Virus record (IMG/VR): IMGVR_UViG_3300045988_126932
Span: 23,140-87,139 of that record
From: a virus
Direction: 5' to 3' (one strand)
Length of the DNA: 64,000 nt
Part shown: in pieces, positions 55,218 through 64,000 of the stretch
How the letters are laid out: every line of letters starts with the position of its first letter
How positions within the stretch are numbered: the first letter of the stretch is position 1
Notes under the pieces: model-generated
The model's input: the letters and a program-made list of their open reading frames with translations, nothing else
Databases searched by the model: none
Told to the model about the DNA's origin: nothing
Program-made: the position numbers and the translations under genes

Positions 55218-56560
55218 ACTTCATCATCCTCATCTTCATTATCATATAAATTTTCCACTGGTGCTGTCTGTTGGAACATATCTGTTGGAGATAGGTTTCT
55301 AGCTTCACACATTGCACAAAAGACTTTCAGTACCTTATCCCATTCATGTTCTTGAATCCACTGTAGAAATGGTTTCTTTCCACGTTTCTTAACATCAATC
55401 TGATATTTATACTGTAAGTTCTTATACAGCTCGTTCCACATCACAGAAAACTGTGTTCCTGTTACCGCAGCCAATTTCCTAATACCAGCGTTCATCTTAT
55501 TGCGATCATCCCATGTCAAAATTTCCGCTGCTAATAACTTATTGTCATTCTGTAACTTCTGATTCTCTTCTTTGAGTTCTTTGTTTTGTGTTCGCAGATC
55601 GGTTACCATAGCAAGCTTGACGTCCTCAGAGAATGACGGGAAGTAGTGTTCAATGAACTGTGATTCTTTTCCAAAGTCAACTGCACCACCTGTCTTACGG
55701 ATGTTTCTAAGGTACTCTTTAATCTGTTTCTTCATCTGTTTTGCAATCGGTTTGCGTGACTGCATACATACTTCATAGAGTCCATCTTCTGTCAGAAACC
55801 AAAATGGATTAATAGTCTTTCCCGTAGAATCAATCTGACCTAAATTTGACCCGCTAACATTATTAGCGGTTAAGATTTTGGTCTTATATTTTTCTTCTGA
55901 ATCAATCGCCTGTAACATTTTATCCGTTCTATAACTTCCATCAGGACGTTTACTATAATCAATCCATTCTGCAACATCTCTTGCTAAGAACAACGGATCT
56001 TCAATGCTTCTATACAGATCAATTCTTCTGCCTAAAATTTCCGTTGTGTCAACAAGCTGCACACCTGCCTCTACCTGTTCTTGTTCTCTTCGTTCTTCCA
56101 TCGTGATGTAGTCATTAATAAAAACATAATGTCTTACGTTCTCAGCAAGGCTTGAAGTTTCCATCAGTAGTGAAAGTCGGATTAAACATTTAAGAGTAAA
56201 CACCTTAGCACCTTTATAGCCGAATGAGATATTTAATCCGTTCGGATACGTTACCATGATTCTTCCCTTCTGTTTTTCCGTTGCTGCGTCCTGACCATCA
56301 ATGATCTCCTGCACTGTCTTAACTTCCATTCCATCTTCCAAAAACTCTTTACGATACTTCGTACACAGCCTCTTGACTTCATCAACATCTCCATCAAAGA
56401 ATCGTGCTACCTGTTCCGTAGTAATATAATCTCGTCCAGGAAGCCACGGGATCGGTTTGATTGTTACTTGTTTCAAAAGCTCTGTGTTCTGCACCAGCTC
56501 GTCTCTCTTTGCTTTATCCAAAATTGGATCGCAAGGGATTTCCATTTCGTTTAGATTCAT
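55208..56560 (-). CDS. phage antirepressor-like protein (ORF6N / KilA-C type)
   Basis: The segment LFLARDVAEWIDY and the C-terminal region are consistent with a KilA-C domain. The start is set at an ATG after AAAGGTGGAATTAATT; the track start is a GTG. Confidence 0.4.
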   Translation of the reverse strand: MNLNEMEIPCDPILDKAKRDELVQNTELLKQVTIKPIPWLPGRDYITTEQVARFFDGDVDEVKRLCTKYRKEFLEDGMEVKTVQEIIDGQDAATEKQKGRIMVTYPNGLNISFGYKGAKVFTLKCLIRLSLLMETSSLAENVRHYVFINDYITMEERREQEQVEAGVQLVDTTEILGRRIDLYRSIEDPLFLARDVAEWIDYSKRPDGSYRTDKMLQAIDSEEKYKTKILTANNVSGSNLGQIDSTGKTINPFWFLTEDGLYEVCMQSRKPIAKQMKKQIKEYLRNIRKTGGAVDFGKESQFIEHYFPSFSEDVKLAMVTDLRTQNKELKEENQKLQNDNKLLAAEILTWDDRNKMNAGIRKLAAVTGTQFSVMWNELYKNLQYKYQIDVKKRGKKPFLQWIQEHEWDKVLKVFCAMCEARNLSPTDMFQQTAPVENLYDNEDEDDEVWN

Positions 56561-56652
56561 AATTAATTCCACCTTTCTTATGTAAAATTTGTATTAAAAA
56601 AAGACACTCTGGAATTTTCCATTGTGTCCTAGTTACCTATATTAATTTGTAT

Positions 56653-57192
56653 TCACTCTAATTCTAGTTCATCAATTTCTGGCGTATCGGAATGATCCAT
56701 TTCCCTTAGTTCTTCGATACTTGTTCCAAGCAAAGTAAGAGCCGACTTAAATCGTTTAGGATCAATGTATCCTGTAGGTCTATGCCAAAAATTTTTAGCA
56801 AAATTGGGATCTTCTTTTTCCAATTCATATGCTATGTGATCGGCTTTATCATACAATAGCCTTGCTCGTGTTGGCAGTTTCATCGGTTCATATCCTCTAC
56901 TCTGCTGTCTGTAATCTTCTATTATGTTATCCCAACTAAGATCATCAGGGATCTTTTCTATTATATACACTTCCTGTAAAGCTTCCTCTGGTACATCAGG
57001 ATAATGAATTAGAGCATACCTCTCTTTTCCATTCTTAACATATTTATATACTTCATGTTCAAGATCTGGAAGTGCTACATATTCTAATCCGTTTTTCTTT
57101 AGTCCATCTACCCAGTTTATTTCTGTAAATGTCTGAACCCATACATCTTTCCCATAATGCTTGAATTTATTCATATTCATAACTCCTTCCAT
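56653..57192 (-). CDS. hypothetical protein
   Basis: 179-aa ORF. Confidence 0.4.
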   Translation of the reverse strand: MEGVMNMNKFKHYGKDVWVQTFTEINWVDGLKKNGLEYVALPDLEHEVYKYVKNGKERYALIHYPDVPEEALQEVYIIEKIPDDLSWDNIIEDYRQQSRGYEPMKLPTRARLLYDKADHIAYELEKEDPNFAKNFWHRPTGYIDPKRFKSALTLLGTSIEELREMDHSDTPEIDELELE

Positions 57193-57505
57193 ATATAATC
57201 TACTTTATCAAATAATATTTTCCATTCTATCTTCCATTCCAAAGATCGGAAAAGAACTTATAAATCCCATACAAAATAGCAACAAATGCTATAACCATTA
57301 AAATTCCATAACCGCCACCTAATATAGCTCCTAACATATATTCCAAAGTATCCTCTGGAATGATAAATACAATTATTAATAATAAAACCAACGGCATAAT
57401 TTACTCTCCTTTGCTCTGTTCTTTAAGTTTCTCTGATCATCTGGCACATCAACTAATATGTATATATTATCATCTTCTCTGACTGTAGTAAACAGTCCTT
57501 GAAAA

Positions 57506-57700
57506 TTACGCTTCGCTTTCCTCTACCTCACTTGCGAATAACTCATACTCATAGTCGTAACCACATCCATCACAAGGAATATCAATATCTCCTGTGTTGA
57601 TCTTTTCCGCTACAATATTTCTTGCCTCATCCTCTGTTTCTGCTTTAATTTCCACGGATCTCTTATATGTTTCTACAACATCTATTATGTATCTTTTCAT
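57506..57700 (-). CDS. hypothetical small protein
   Basis: 64-aa ORF. Confidence 0.35.
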   Translation of the reverse strand: MKRYIIDVVETYKRSVEIKAETEDEARNIVAEKINTGDIDIPCDGCGYDYEYELFASEVEESEA

Positions 57701-57718
57701 GTAAATTTTCCATCCTTC

Positions 57719-58060
57719 CTATTGTTTTTCTAGTGCTTCAATAAAAGTCTTATACATAAGAATATCTTGCTTAAGACAGTTCTCAAAGACCACTTTGCCT
57801 TTTTGATTAAGAAATAAATCAGAAGAAAGATTTTGTAATCGTATTTCATAATTTTTCTTTCGTCTATTTAATTTTTCCAACAATTCTTCTCGTGTTCCAC
57901 ATTGTCGGATGTCGGGACCTAAGCTACTATTTAATTCCATATCATTTCCATACCAATAGAAATTTCTTTTTGAGTCTGGGCTGCATACCAATTTACATAC
58001 TGCACCAAGACCATCTGGTTTGGTCGTTGTTCCATAATTTGATTCTACTAAAACTCTCAT
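57719..58060 (-). CDS. hypothetical protein
   Basis: The start is uncertain between 58072 and 58060. 58060 is chosen because it follows the recurring GGAAATAATT-ATG context. Confidence 0.4.
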   Translation of the reverse strand: MRVLVESNYGTTTKPDGLGAVCKLVCSPDSKRNFYWYGNDMELNSSLGPDIRQCGTREELLEKLNRRKKNYEIRLQNLSSDLFLNQKGKVVFENCLKQDILMYKTFIEALEKQ

Positions 58061-58099
58061 AATTATTTCCATCCTTCCTACGATAAAATTGACATTCTA

Positions 58100-58357
58100 T
58101 TAATTAATAGATCCATCTGCATTGACCAATCTATTTTCCATATCTGCGTTGTTATCTGCAATATTCTGCAATACATAAAATAGAGAATCATCCGCTTTAG
58201 ACAATTTTCCGATTGCCTTAGATAAATTTCCAATGCTTTCAGTTAACATTTTCATATCTTCTTTACAATCATCTACGAACGTGTCATAGTCCATTCCCAA
58301 AGACATATTGAATAAGATGTTTGCAATTCTTTTTACTTCATTATTTTCCATAACCAA
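58100..58357 (-). CDS. hypothetical protein
   Basis: 85-aa ORF. Confidence 0.4.
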   Translation of the reverse strand: MVMENNEVKRIANILFNMSLGMDYDTFVDDCKEDMKMLTESIGNLSKAIGKLSKADDSLFYVLQNIADNNADMENRLVNADGSIN

Positions 58358-58378
58358 TCACTCTCCTATCTAATTAAG

Positions 58379-58720
58379 TCATCGTTTATTCATGTATTTT
58401 TCTTCCAAAAACGCCTTATAATATTCAACTTCATCAAACCCATTATTTGCCATATCACACAGTGTTGAATAAATCATTTCTGCAAGTTCTTCTTTAGTAT
58501 ATGATTCATACACTTCATCAGATGTTAAATCTTCATCTTCGCTTCCAATAAAGTAAAACCAAAATTCTCCAATCTGGCAAGCAATACAATCATCATTTGA
58601 ATTATTGATGATTTCCACTGTTCCATCACACAATCCTTTAAAAATCATTTCTTTCAATGTCATAATATTTCCTCCATTCTTCTTAATTCCGATAATTTCT
58701 TGTTTTGTTTCTGTATTCAT
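58379..58720 (-). CDS. hypothetical protein
   Basis: 113-aa ORF. Confidence 0.4.
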   Translation of the reverse strand: MNTETKQEIIGIKKNGGNIMTLKEMIFKGLCDGTVEIINNSNDDCIACQIGEFWFYFIGSEDEDLTSDEVYESYTKEELAEMIYSTLCDMANNGFDEVEYYKAFLEEKYMNKR

Positions 58721-58738
58721 AATCTTACTCTCCTATTT

Positions 58739-59035
58739 TTAAATAAACTTTCTAAAATCATTGTGATAAATTCGATCGAGTTCTCTGTATAATGAACCGT
58801 CGGTAACATGAATATCATCCGTACTATCTACGATTTTTCCGTCTTTGTAAGTAGAACAAGTTACCAAATTAAACTCATCGGTTGCTCTGCAATAATCCAC
58901 ATCTTTGTGGATGTATAATATAAGATTGGCTTTTTCTCCAAAATAAAGAACTTTTAATTTTTCTTCTGCTTCTAATTTCTCACAACAATCAATAATACAA
59001 TCAATATCTGGTCTTTCTAATTCATAAATCATCAT
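58739..59035 (-). CDS. hypothetical protein
   Basis: The start is at the ATG after GGAGTGGAAATT. The track start is the GTG inside that RBS. Confidence 0.4.
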   Translation of the reverse strand: MMIYELERPDIDCIIDCCEKLEAEEKLKVLYFGEKANLILYIHKDVDYCRATDEFNLVTCSTYKDGKIVDSTDDIHVTDGSLYRELDRIYHNDFRKFI

Positions 59036-59070
59036 AATTTCCACTCCTATTCTGCGATAAAACTTTTCTT

Positions 59071-59346
59071 TTATGCTACTGCTTCAATCAATCGAATCAT
59101 TGATTCTTTATAGATAGATGTTCCATCCGTGTCCAATCGTTCAACACACTCAACTAATGACATAGGTTTGTTCTTTGGTAACTGCCATGAATACATACCA
59201 AGCCAATCTTGTAATAGATTTAACATTGAATAATTTCCAAACGGGCATCCTTTTGGTTTGAATTCAGTTAAGATTTCTTTTGCCCTACTTGTTAATGTTG
59301 CACGTACTGTTCCGCCTGATGTAACTACAATATAATTTTCTTTCAT
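59071..59346 (-). CDS. hypothetical protein
   Basis: The start is at the ATG after GGAGTGGAAATT. Confidence 0.4.
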   Translation of the reverse strand: MKENYIVVTSGGTVRATLTSRAKEILTEFKPKGCPFGNYSMLNLLQDWLGMYSWQLPKNKPMSLVECVERLDTDGTSIYKESMIRLIEAVA

Positions 59347-59376
59347 AATTTCCACTCCTATCTGTAATAAAACTTT

Positions 59377-59667
59377 CTATAAGGCTTTCAATTCTTCTTT
59401 TGTATATTTACTCCATTTTCCTGTCTGAACACCATTCATTCTTTCCTCAAAAGTTCTTTTTCTCATGCCATACTGTTTCGTTGCAACTCTATAAAAGTCA
59501 TAGACAAGATCTTTTTTGGTATCAACAATCATAAAATCATGTGGATTATTCGTATTATCAAGAATATATTGCATAAAATCTCTGAATGTGACAAAATCAT
59601 TTGTCGTACACCAACATATTGCTTTATCATTTTCCTTTGTTACAAATTTTACTGTCTGCATATTCAT
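59377..59667 (-). CDS. hypothetical protein
   Basis: 96-aa ORF preceded by an AGGAGAA RBS. Confidence 0.4.
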   Translation of the reverse strand: MNMQTVKFVTKENDKAICWCTTNDFVTFRDFMQYILDNTNNPHDFMIVDTKKDLVYDFYRVATKQYGMRKRTFEERMNGVQTGKWSKYTKEELKAL

Positions 59668-59679
59668 TTCTCCTAATCT

Positions 59680-59850
59680 TTAAAACATTAATCCACCTAA
59701 GTCTGCTTTTGCCTTATGATCTTTTGCTAACCAAAAATTTCCGTCAAGCTGCACAAGGTCATATTTCCGTTTCATTCTTTCCAGCTCTTTATCAGTTTTA
59801 CAAATATATGGATTAGATCCATCTTCAAATTTAATATGATTCCATGCCAT
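59680..59850 (-). CDS. small hypothetical protein (56 aa)
   Basis: Manual translation gives MAWNHIKFEDGSNPYICKTDKELERMKRKYDLVQLDGNFWLAKDHKAKADLGGLMF after a GAGGTGGAAATT RBS. It falls below the track's size cut-off. Confidence 0.35.
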   Translation of the reverse strand: MAWNHIKFEDGSNPYICKTDKELERMKRKYDLVQLDGNFWLAKDHKAKADLGGLMF

Positions 59851-59861
59851 AATTTCCACCT

Positions 59862-60299
59862 CTATTCTTCTATATCAAACCATTCAGGTTTTCCATCAAT
59901 ATAGCAACCACAATCCTCTGCCTCGAATTCTACTTCCTCAGGATTGAAGTCAATATTATCCATCACATAAGTTTTAATTTGTTCTTTTCTAAGATCAACA
60001 TTGTATTTTTCAGCTACAGCATCTAAAAAATCATCAATCTGATATGCGTCAGAACAATCCATGATACCGCTAATCGGGAACTCCTCTGCATAATATTTTC
60101 CATGAACCTCTACAATGTCACGCCATGTAAATTGATGTTCTTTGAATTCATTGATAATATCACTTGCAATCATTCCGACGATTGGTTGTTCTCCATATTT
60201 CTGTCGTTCTAACTCACAATCAACTAATTCCAAAACATCAATATCTAATCCGTTTTCTGTTTCTACAATTGCACTATAATAATCTCTATATTTGTTCAT
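59862..60299 (-). CDS. hypothetical protein
   Basis: The start is moved to an ATG after GAGGTGGAAATT. The terminator at 60323-60354 lies inside the track's longer N-terminal extension, which supports the shorter start. Confidence 0.4.
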   Translation of the reverse strand: MNKYRDYYSAIVETENGLDIDVLELVDCELERQKYGEQPIVGMIASDIINEFKEHQFTWRDIVEVHGKYYAEEFPISGIMDCSDAYQIDDFLDAVAEKYNVDLRKEQIKTYVMDNIDFNPEEVEFEAEDCGCYIDGKPEWFDIEE

Positions 60300-60322
60300 A
60301 ATTTCCACCTCATATCTTTCCA

Positions 60323-60354
60323 TTAAAAAAGGAAGATACATTTCTGCATCTTCC
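60323..60354 (-). terminator. rho-independent terminator
   Basis: The minus-strand hairpin GGAAGAT-GCAGAAATGT-ATCTTCC is followed by TTTTTT. Confidence 0.5.
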
Positions 60355-60386
60355 TAGATTACTTTGTTCTTGTATTAAATTTTCCG

Positions 60387-60719
60387 TTATTCTTTTTCCC
60401 CGATAAGCTGAATAATGCAACCAAAATCTCCAGCACGATATACTCTAATTTTGTCTGCCTTATAATCTGCCATCAATCCTACATCGTCATAGATTTTGAG
60501 CCATGCCCTGAATCCTGATGATGTTTCAAATTCCATCTCTAAGGTATAGTGATCTCCGATCTTTGCGTTCTCATCCACAATATAAGCATTATATCTTCCA
60601 TCACAACCAAAATTTAAGATATTCGCCTTCAATCCGTCTTTTGTTGTGCCTACAAAAATTAAAGCCGCAATATCACTATCTCCAATAAACTCTCTTTCGT
60701 ACTCTTTATATGATTTCAT
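60387..60719 (-). CDS. hypothetical protein
   Basis: The start is moved to an ATG after GGTGGAAATT, which removes the overlap with the upstream gene. Confidence 0.4.
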   Translation of the reverse strand: MKSYKEYEREFIGDSDIAALIFVGTTKDGLKANILNFGCDGRYNAYIVDENAKIGDHYTLEMEFETSSGFRAWLKIYDDVGLMADYKADKIRVYRAGDFGCIIQLIGEKE

Positions 60720-60732
60720 AATTTCCACCATC

Positions 60733-61431
60733 CTATCTTTCATAAGTAATCGCATTATCTACATCTTCTTTTCCAACAAGTTCAATTGCTTCTTTCTTTG
60801 TCATAAGTTCTCTTTCTCGAAAATCAAACTCTTCTGTTTCAAGCCACCTATCAGCATCTTCTTGATTCTCAAAAACGTATACAATATGATCCCATCTTCC
60901 GAAGTCAAATTTACTACTTACACCATAAATTTTTTCCATAACTTTACTTTCCTCCATATTCATATTTTCTAAATCCCAACGTTCTTTTAAAAGTTGGATT
61001 ACAAACTCAGGATATTCCATAAAGTAATACCATTCATAAGATTCTTCTATCTGATCTAGTTCTTCTCTAGTAAGATCTTCACAATATTCTTCATCATATC
61101 CGTTTTCGTCTGCCCACGTTTCAAAATCCATTGCCGTTTCCTGAAAAGCTTTGACCTTGTTACTAATCCGTTGCAAGTCGTTCTCTTCAATCGTGATTAA
61201 AGGTTTTCCATAATCATCGTAAAGATCTTCCCATAAGTCGTTGTTCCATTGTGACTTTGGCTCGTGTTGGATATAAATGTTTGTTAATCCATTTACATTC
61301 CAGCCCGTTGTAGCAACTAATTTTCCAGTTTCTTTCTCTACACCATAAAACATTCCAGGTTTTACACAAAATCCTCCGTATGAGGCGTGTCTAAAATGTT
61401 CAGGCAAGATCAATTCTTTAAACTCGTACAT
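60733..61431 (-). CDS. hypothetical acidic protein
   Basis: 232-aa ORF and the first gene downstream of the strong promoter at 61477-61505. Confidence 0.45.
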   Translation of the reverse strand: MYEFKELILPEHFRHASYGGFCVKPGMFYGVEKETGKLVATTGWNVNGLTNIYIQHEPKSQWNNDLWEDLYDDYGKPLITIEENDLQRISNKVKAFQETAMDFETWADENGYDEEYCEDLTREELDQIEESYEWYYFMEYPEFVIQLLKERWDLENMNMEESKVMEKIYGVSSKFDFGRWDHIVYVFENQEDADRWLETEEFDFRERELMTKKEAIELVGKEDVDNAITYER

Positions 61432-61476
61432 AATTTCCTTCTTTCTGCCTATTTAGGACTTTAAAATATTAACAGT

Positions 61477-61505
61477 TCTCTTATATTATACACGATAATT
61501 TCCAT
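61477..61505 (-). promoter_or_regulatory. strong sigma-A-like promoter (TTCACA N17 TG-extended TATAAT) with an inverted repeat CACGAT-N7-ATCGTG in the spacer
   Basis: The minus strand reads CTTCACACGATGGAAATTATCGTGTATAATAT. It directly abuts the 3' end of the tRNA-like element. Confidence 0.5.
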
Positions 61506-61512
61506 CGTGTGA

Positions 61513-61599
61513 AGTAGCGAGGTGGGAATTGAACCCACCGATAAAAGCACTCTTTTATCTATCATACGCCACCGTTTTTCCGTTCCAATACGTCACTAC
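61513..61599 (-). other. tRNA-like element: canonical T-arm and acceptor 3' end with a possible pairing 5' strand, and a non-canonical middle
   Basis: The minus strand has GGTGGGTTCAATTCCCACC-TCGCTAC at the 3' end and GTAGTGA 87 nt upstream, which can pair with TCGCTAC. No convincing D arm or anticodon arm is visible. The variable-arm-like hairpin ATAAAAG-AGTG-CTTTTAT is present. Confidence 0.3.
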
Positions 61600-61727
61600 C
61601 ATCAATCAGTAGTACAGTCATTCCGTTCATTTAAAGCAACTATTAGCTTCAATAGTCGGGTATTTCCGTTAAGGTGTAGTCTGCTTCATTACAGACAGTA
61701 AAAGCCTTTAATTGGCTATGTAATAAG

Positions 61728-61982
61728 CTATGCACGGCACATAGAGAAATTGAATAGATTAGCTGGATCTTCTTTTAAAATTTCCGTCATGCCGTCAATT
61801 GCTTCTTCTTGCGTTCTATACTTCCGAAAAATTCCGAACGTGTTCTTGAATAACAAGAAATATCTGTATCCAAACAAATCATCGTCAATTCCAGCGTTTG
61901 GCGGATTTTCCGTAAAGTATAACGTGTTATACTTGCGTTCTACGTGGCACACAAGTGCTGTCATTGTCGTTCTGCGACTCAT
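61728..61982 (-). CDS. hypothetical protein
   Basis: The start is at the ATG after GTAGGTGGAAAAA. The track start is a GTG. Confidence 0.4.
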   Translation of the reverse strand: MSRRTTMTALVCHVERKYNTLYFTENPPNAGIDDDLFGYRYFLLFKNTFGIFRKYRTQEEAIDGMTEILKEDPANLFNFSMCRA

Positions 61983-61998
61983 TTTTTCCACCTACTTT

Positions 61999-62283
61999 CT
62001 AATATACGTCACTTGTTATAATAACTTGCCGTGTTGCTTTCAACCTTGAATGATTTTTATATGTACTAAGGTTGTTTATTTCTTGTTCTGTATTAAAAGA
62101 AGGAATTATGTAATTTCTATCTGCTCTAAAGTAAACTGTTTTTTTACTTCCTTCTATAAACTTATCATTTTTATCGAATTCTTCTACCGTGATTCCTTGA
62201 TACGGCACTTTTTTATCGTACGCATCAAAGAAGGTGATATTATATTTTCCAACAATCTTTACATTATTCTTTAATTTTTGCAT
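61999..62283 (-). CDS. hypothetical protein
   Basis: The start is at the ATG after GTAGGTGGAAAGA. Confidence 0.4.
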   Translation of the reverse strand: MQKLKNNVKIVGKYNITFFDAYDKKVPYQGITVEEFDKNDKFIEGSKKTVYFRADRNYIIPSFNTEQEINNLSTYKNHSRLKATRQVIITSDVY

Positions 62284-62299
62284 TCTTTCCACCTACTTT

Positions 62300-62488
62300 C
62301 TACTGTTCTGTACATTTATAATAAACATCTACATTGTTCTTATCATCATGACTCCAACTAGATCCAACGTATTTTCCACTCATGCCGCAATCTTCAAGAT
62401 CGTACTCACAGCATAAGTCATTGTATTCATCGGGCGTATCACAAAAAATTTCTGTTCTTCCATCGGGATAAGTATTTTTTACGATCAT
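62300..62488 (-). CDS. hypothetical small protein
   Basis: The start is at the ATG after GGAAGGTGGAAATT. Confidence 0.35.
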   Translation of the reverse strand: MIVKNTYPDGRTEIFCDTPDEYNDLCCEYDLEDCGMSGKYVGSSWSHDDKNNVDVYYKCTEQ

Positions 62489-62639
62489 AATTTCCACCTT
62501 CCTTCTAAAACAGTCGTATCCATATTCCTAAGAAATGCAAGAAGTTTTCTTTTGCAAAATGTCTAGCTTCACTAACTGAATCAAACGTATAGAACAAAAT
62601 CTTTCCGTTACGATCTTTAAATTTAAACCTAATCATTTC

Positions 62640-62912
62640 TTATAATCTTTCCATCAGTTCTACCGCAAGGATATATGCTACATACTTCCACACGTTCACG
62701 TAGCCGTTTAGATCTTCCAACCTACATTGCATAGCCGTATGAATCATTCCATCGCAGAAGCCTTTACTTTTAAGTTCTGCGATAAGATCTTTCTTTGCGA
62801 TCGGTGGCAAGGCTGCGACTTTGATTTTTCCAATATCAAAAGTGTTACGTTCTTCCTTTTCCACTGTCTGAATCACTACCATGTTTGTTCTTGTCATCTT
62901 TAAAATTTCCAT
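62640..62912 (-). CDS. hypothetical protein
   Basis: 90-aa ORF. Confidence 0.4.
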   Translation of the reverse strand: MEILKMTRTNMVVIQTVEKEERNTFDIGKIKVAALPPIAKKDLIAELKSKGFCDGMIHTAMQCRLEDLNGYVNVWKYVAYILAVELMERL

Positions 62913-62930
62913 TCTATGTACCTTCCTTTA

Positions 62931-63236
62931 TTACAAATCATTTCTTAATGTTGTTAGGTTCCATTCAATAAATGATGGTTCGTCATTTACTTGTTCTATA
63001 CGTGCAAAGTTTCCATCATCGGATATATTGACAAATAATCCATAATCACTATAATCCTTTTCAGAAACACTCATATCAATTTCCAATTCTCTACATTCTA
63101 TGTTTAATTCATGCTGATATTGTTTTCTAATAAATGCAGCCGCTTCTTCTTCTGTACTAAAAACATAAAGCGGTGAATCACAATCAAAACTGTAATAAAC
63201 AGATACAAAGTATAAATCTTTGAAGTTCTTTTCCAT
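62931..63236 (-). CDS. hypothetical protein
   Basis: 101-aa ORF with an AAGGAGGAACGATAGA RBS. Confidence 0.4.
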   Translation of the reverse strand: MEKNFKDLYFVSVYYSFDCDSPLYVFSTEEEAAAFIRKQYQHELNIECRELEIDMSVSEKDYSDYGLFVNISDDGNFARIEQVNDEPSFIEWNLTTLRNDL

Positions 63237-63266
63237 TCTATCGTTCCTCCTTTTCTTTCTTATAAA

Positions 63267-63602
63267 TCATTCTGCGATATTTGTAATCACAATATAATTT
63301 CCATTTCCCTTAAGATATAACAATTCATACACCTCCCCATCGTATCCGCCATTATTTTGTTTATAGCCATCTAGCGTATTGTATTTTTCATAGTTAATAA
63401 TGTAATCACACATATCATATAAACCAGTTTCCATTGCTTCTTTATTTCTATATTCAATTTCATTCTTATCTTTATACTTATGACTATTTACATTGTCGTA
63501 GCTACATTTTACAAATGGCACATTAAGATATTTTGCAAGATCATTTTCAATTTCTTTTAGTTCTGCTTCATCTTTTTTCAATTCATATCTATTTCCAATC
63601 AT
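63267..63602 (-). CDS. hypothetical protein
   Basis: 111-aa ORF with an AGGAGGAACAATAGAT RBS. Confidence 0.4.
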   Translation of the reverse strand: MIGNRYELKKDEAELKEIENDLAKYLNVPFVKCSYDNVNSHKYKDKNEIEYRNKEAMETGLYDMCDYIINYEKYNTLDGYKQNNGGYDGEVYELLYLKGNGNYIVITNIAE

Positions 63603-63621
63603 ATCTATTGTTCCTCCTGGT

Positions 63622-64000
63622 TATCTTTTAGTTTCTTTATTTTTCCATTCTTTAGAACAACGAAACACAAAATAAAATGTCGTTCCGTAGTCCTCGATAG
63701 CATCTTCTGTTCTTGTTAATCCATAATTTCCAGCAACCTTGATGATATTTTTCACGACTTCCTTCCGTGTTTCAAAATAGTTTTCCAAAGTTGCTGGAAT
63801 ATCATATATTGCTAAGATAATTACTTGATATATATCACTGTAAAATCCATTAAGATCAAATTCTATCTTTTCAACTCTGCCAATTTGTAAGAGTTCTTGT
63901 TCTAGTTCTTGACATTTATCTAAAATTCCAAACTTCTTTGCGGTTCTTACTTCTCTTTCTTTTATGATCTTCCATCCTCCTATTCTATGCCGTTTCCAGT
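63622..64000 (-). CDS. hypothetical protein, C-terminal part; start lies beyond the window end
   Basis: The minus-strand frame is open from the window edge to the TAA at 63622 (...GILDKCQELEQELLQIGRVEKIEFDLNGFYSDIYQVIILAIYDIPATLENYFETRKEVVKNIIKVAGNYGLTRTEDAIEDYGTTFYFVFRCSKEWKNKETKR). The track omits it as edge-truncated. Confidence 0.35.

Noticed and set aside
61513-61599. Calling the second tRNA-like element a bona fide tRNA gene.
   Set aside because: Only the T-arm and acceptor are canonical. No acceptable D arm or anticodon arm could be folded by eye, so it is reported as a tRNA-like element with low confidence.
1-64000. CRISPR arrays, rRNA genes and insertion-sequence transposases.
   Set aside because: No regularly spaced direct repeats, no rRNA-like conserved segments and no transposase-like ORFs were seen. 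The only recombinase is the tyrosine integrase at 45152..46102.

Overview
This 64-kb, AT-rich window looks like a continuous stretch of a large Firmicutes-type dsDNA phage or prophage. About 100 ORFs all run on the minus strand, apart from one short plus-strand HTH regulator. No capsid, terminase, portal, tail or lysis genes are recognisable, and there is no rRNA or CRISPR, so this appears to be the replication/early/accessory arm of a much larger genome.

By coordinate, 1-15 kb is a replication module. It holds a partial NAD-dependent DNA ligase, a secreted 3D-domain protein, a RecD-like helicase, a DnaE-type Pol III alpha, a DHH/RecJ-like phosphoesterase, a DnaG-like primase, a DnaB-like helicase, a Sak4/RecA-like ATPase and an SSB-like acidic protein. 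From 15 to 30 kb there are two sigma-70-like factors with tandem Cys-rich small proteins, a nucleotidyltransferase/HigA-like pair, an NDT-like enzyme, a second DHH (NrnA-like) enzyme and many small unknown genes. From 30 to 37 kb there is a tRNA gene carrying a 67-nt insertion in its anticodon loop, a flotillin plus a PspA-like protein, and a four-gene NAD+ salvage/reconstitution cassette (NadE, a Nampt/Namat-like enzyme, a Prs/Adps-like enzyme, a PncA nicotinamidase). From 37 to 47 kb there are large unknown proteins, a tyrosine integrase, a metallophosphoesterase and a MazF/PemK-like gene. Beyond that come a DnaD-like replisome organizer, Bro-N/KilAC antirepressor-like genes and a dense late array of small genes sharing a GGAGGTGGAAATT-ATG initiation context.

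The most interesting items are the expanded NAD+ cassette, the interrupted tRNA, and a 47-bp palindromic promoter/operator element present twice, 42 kb apart.
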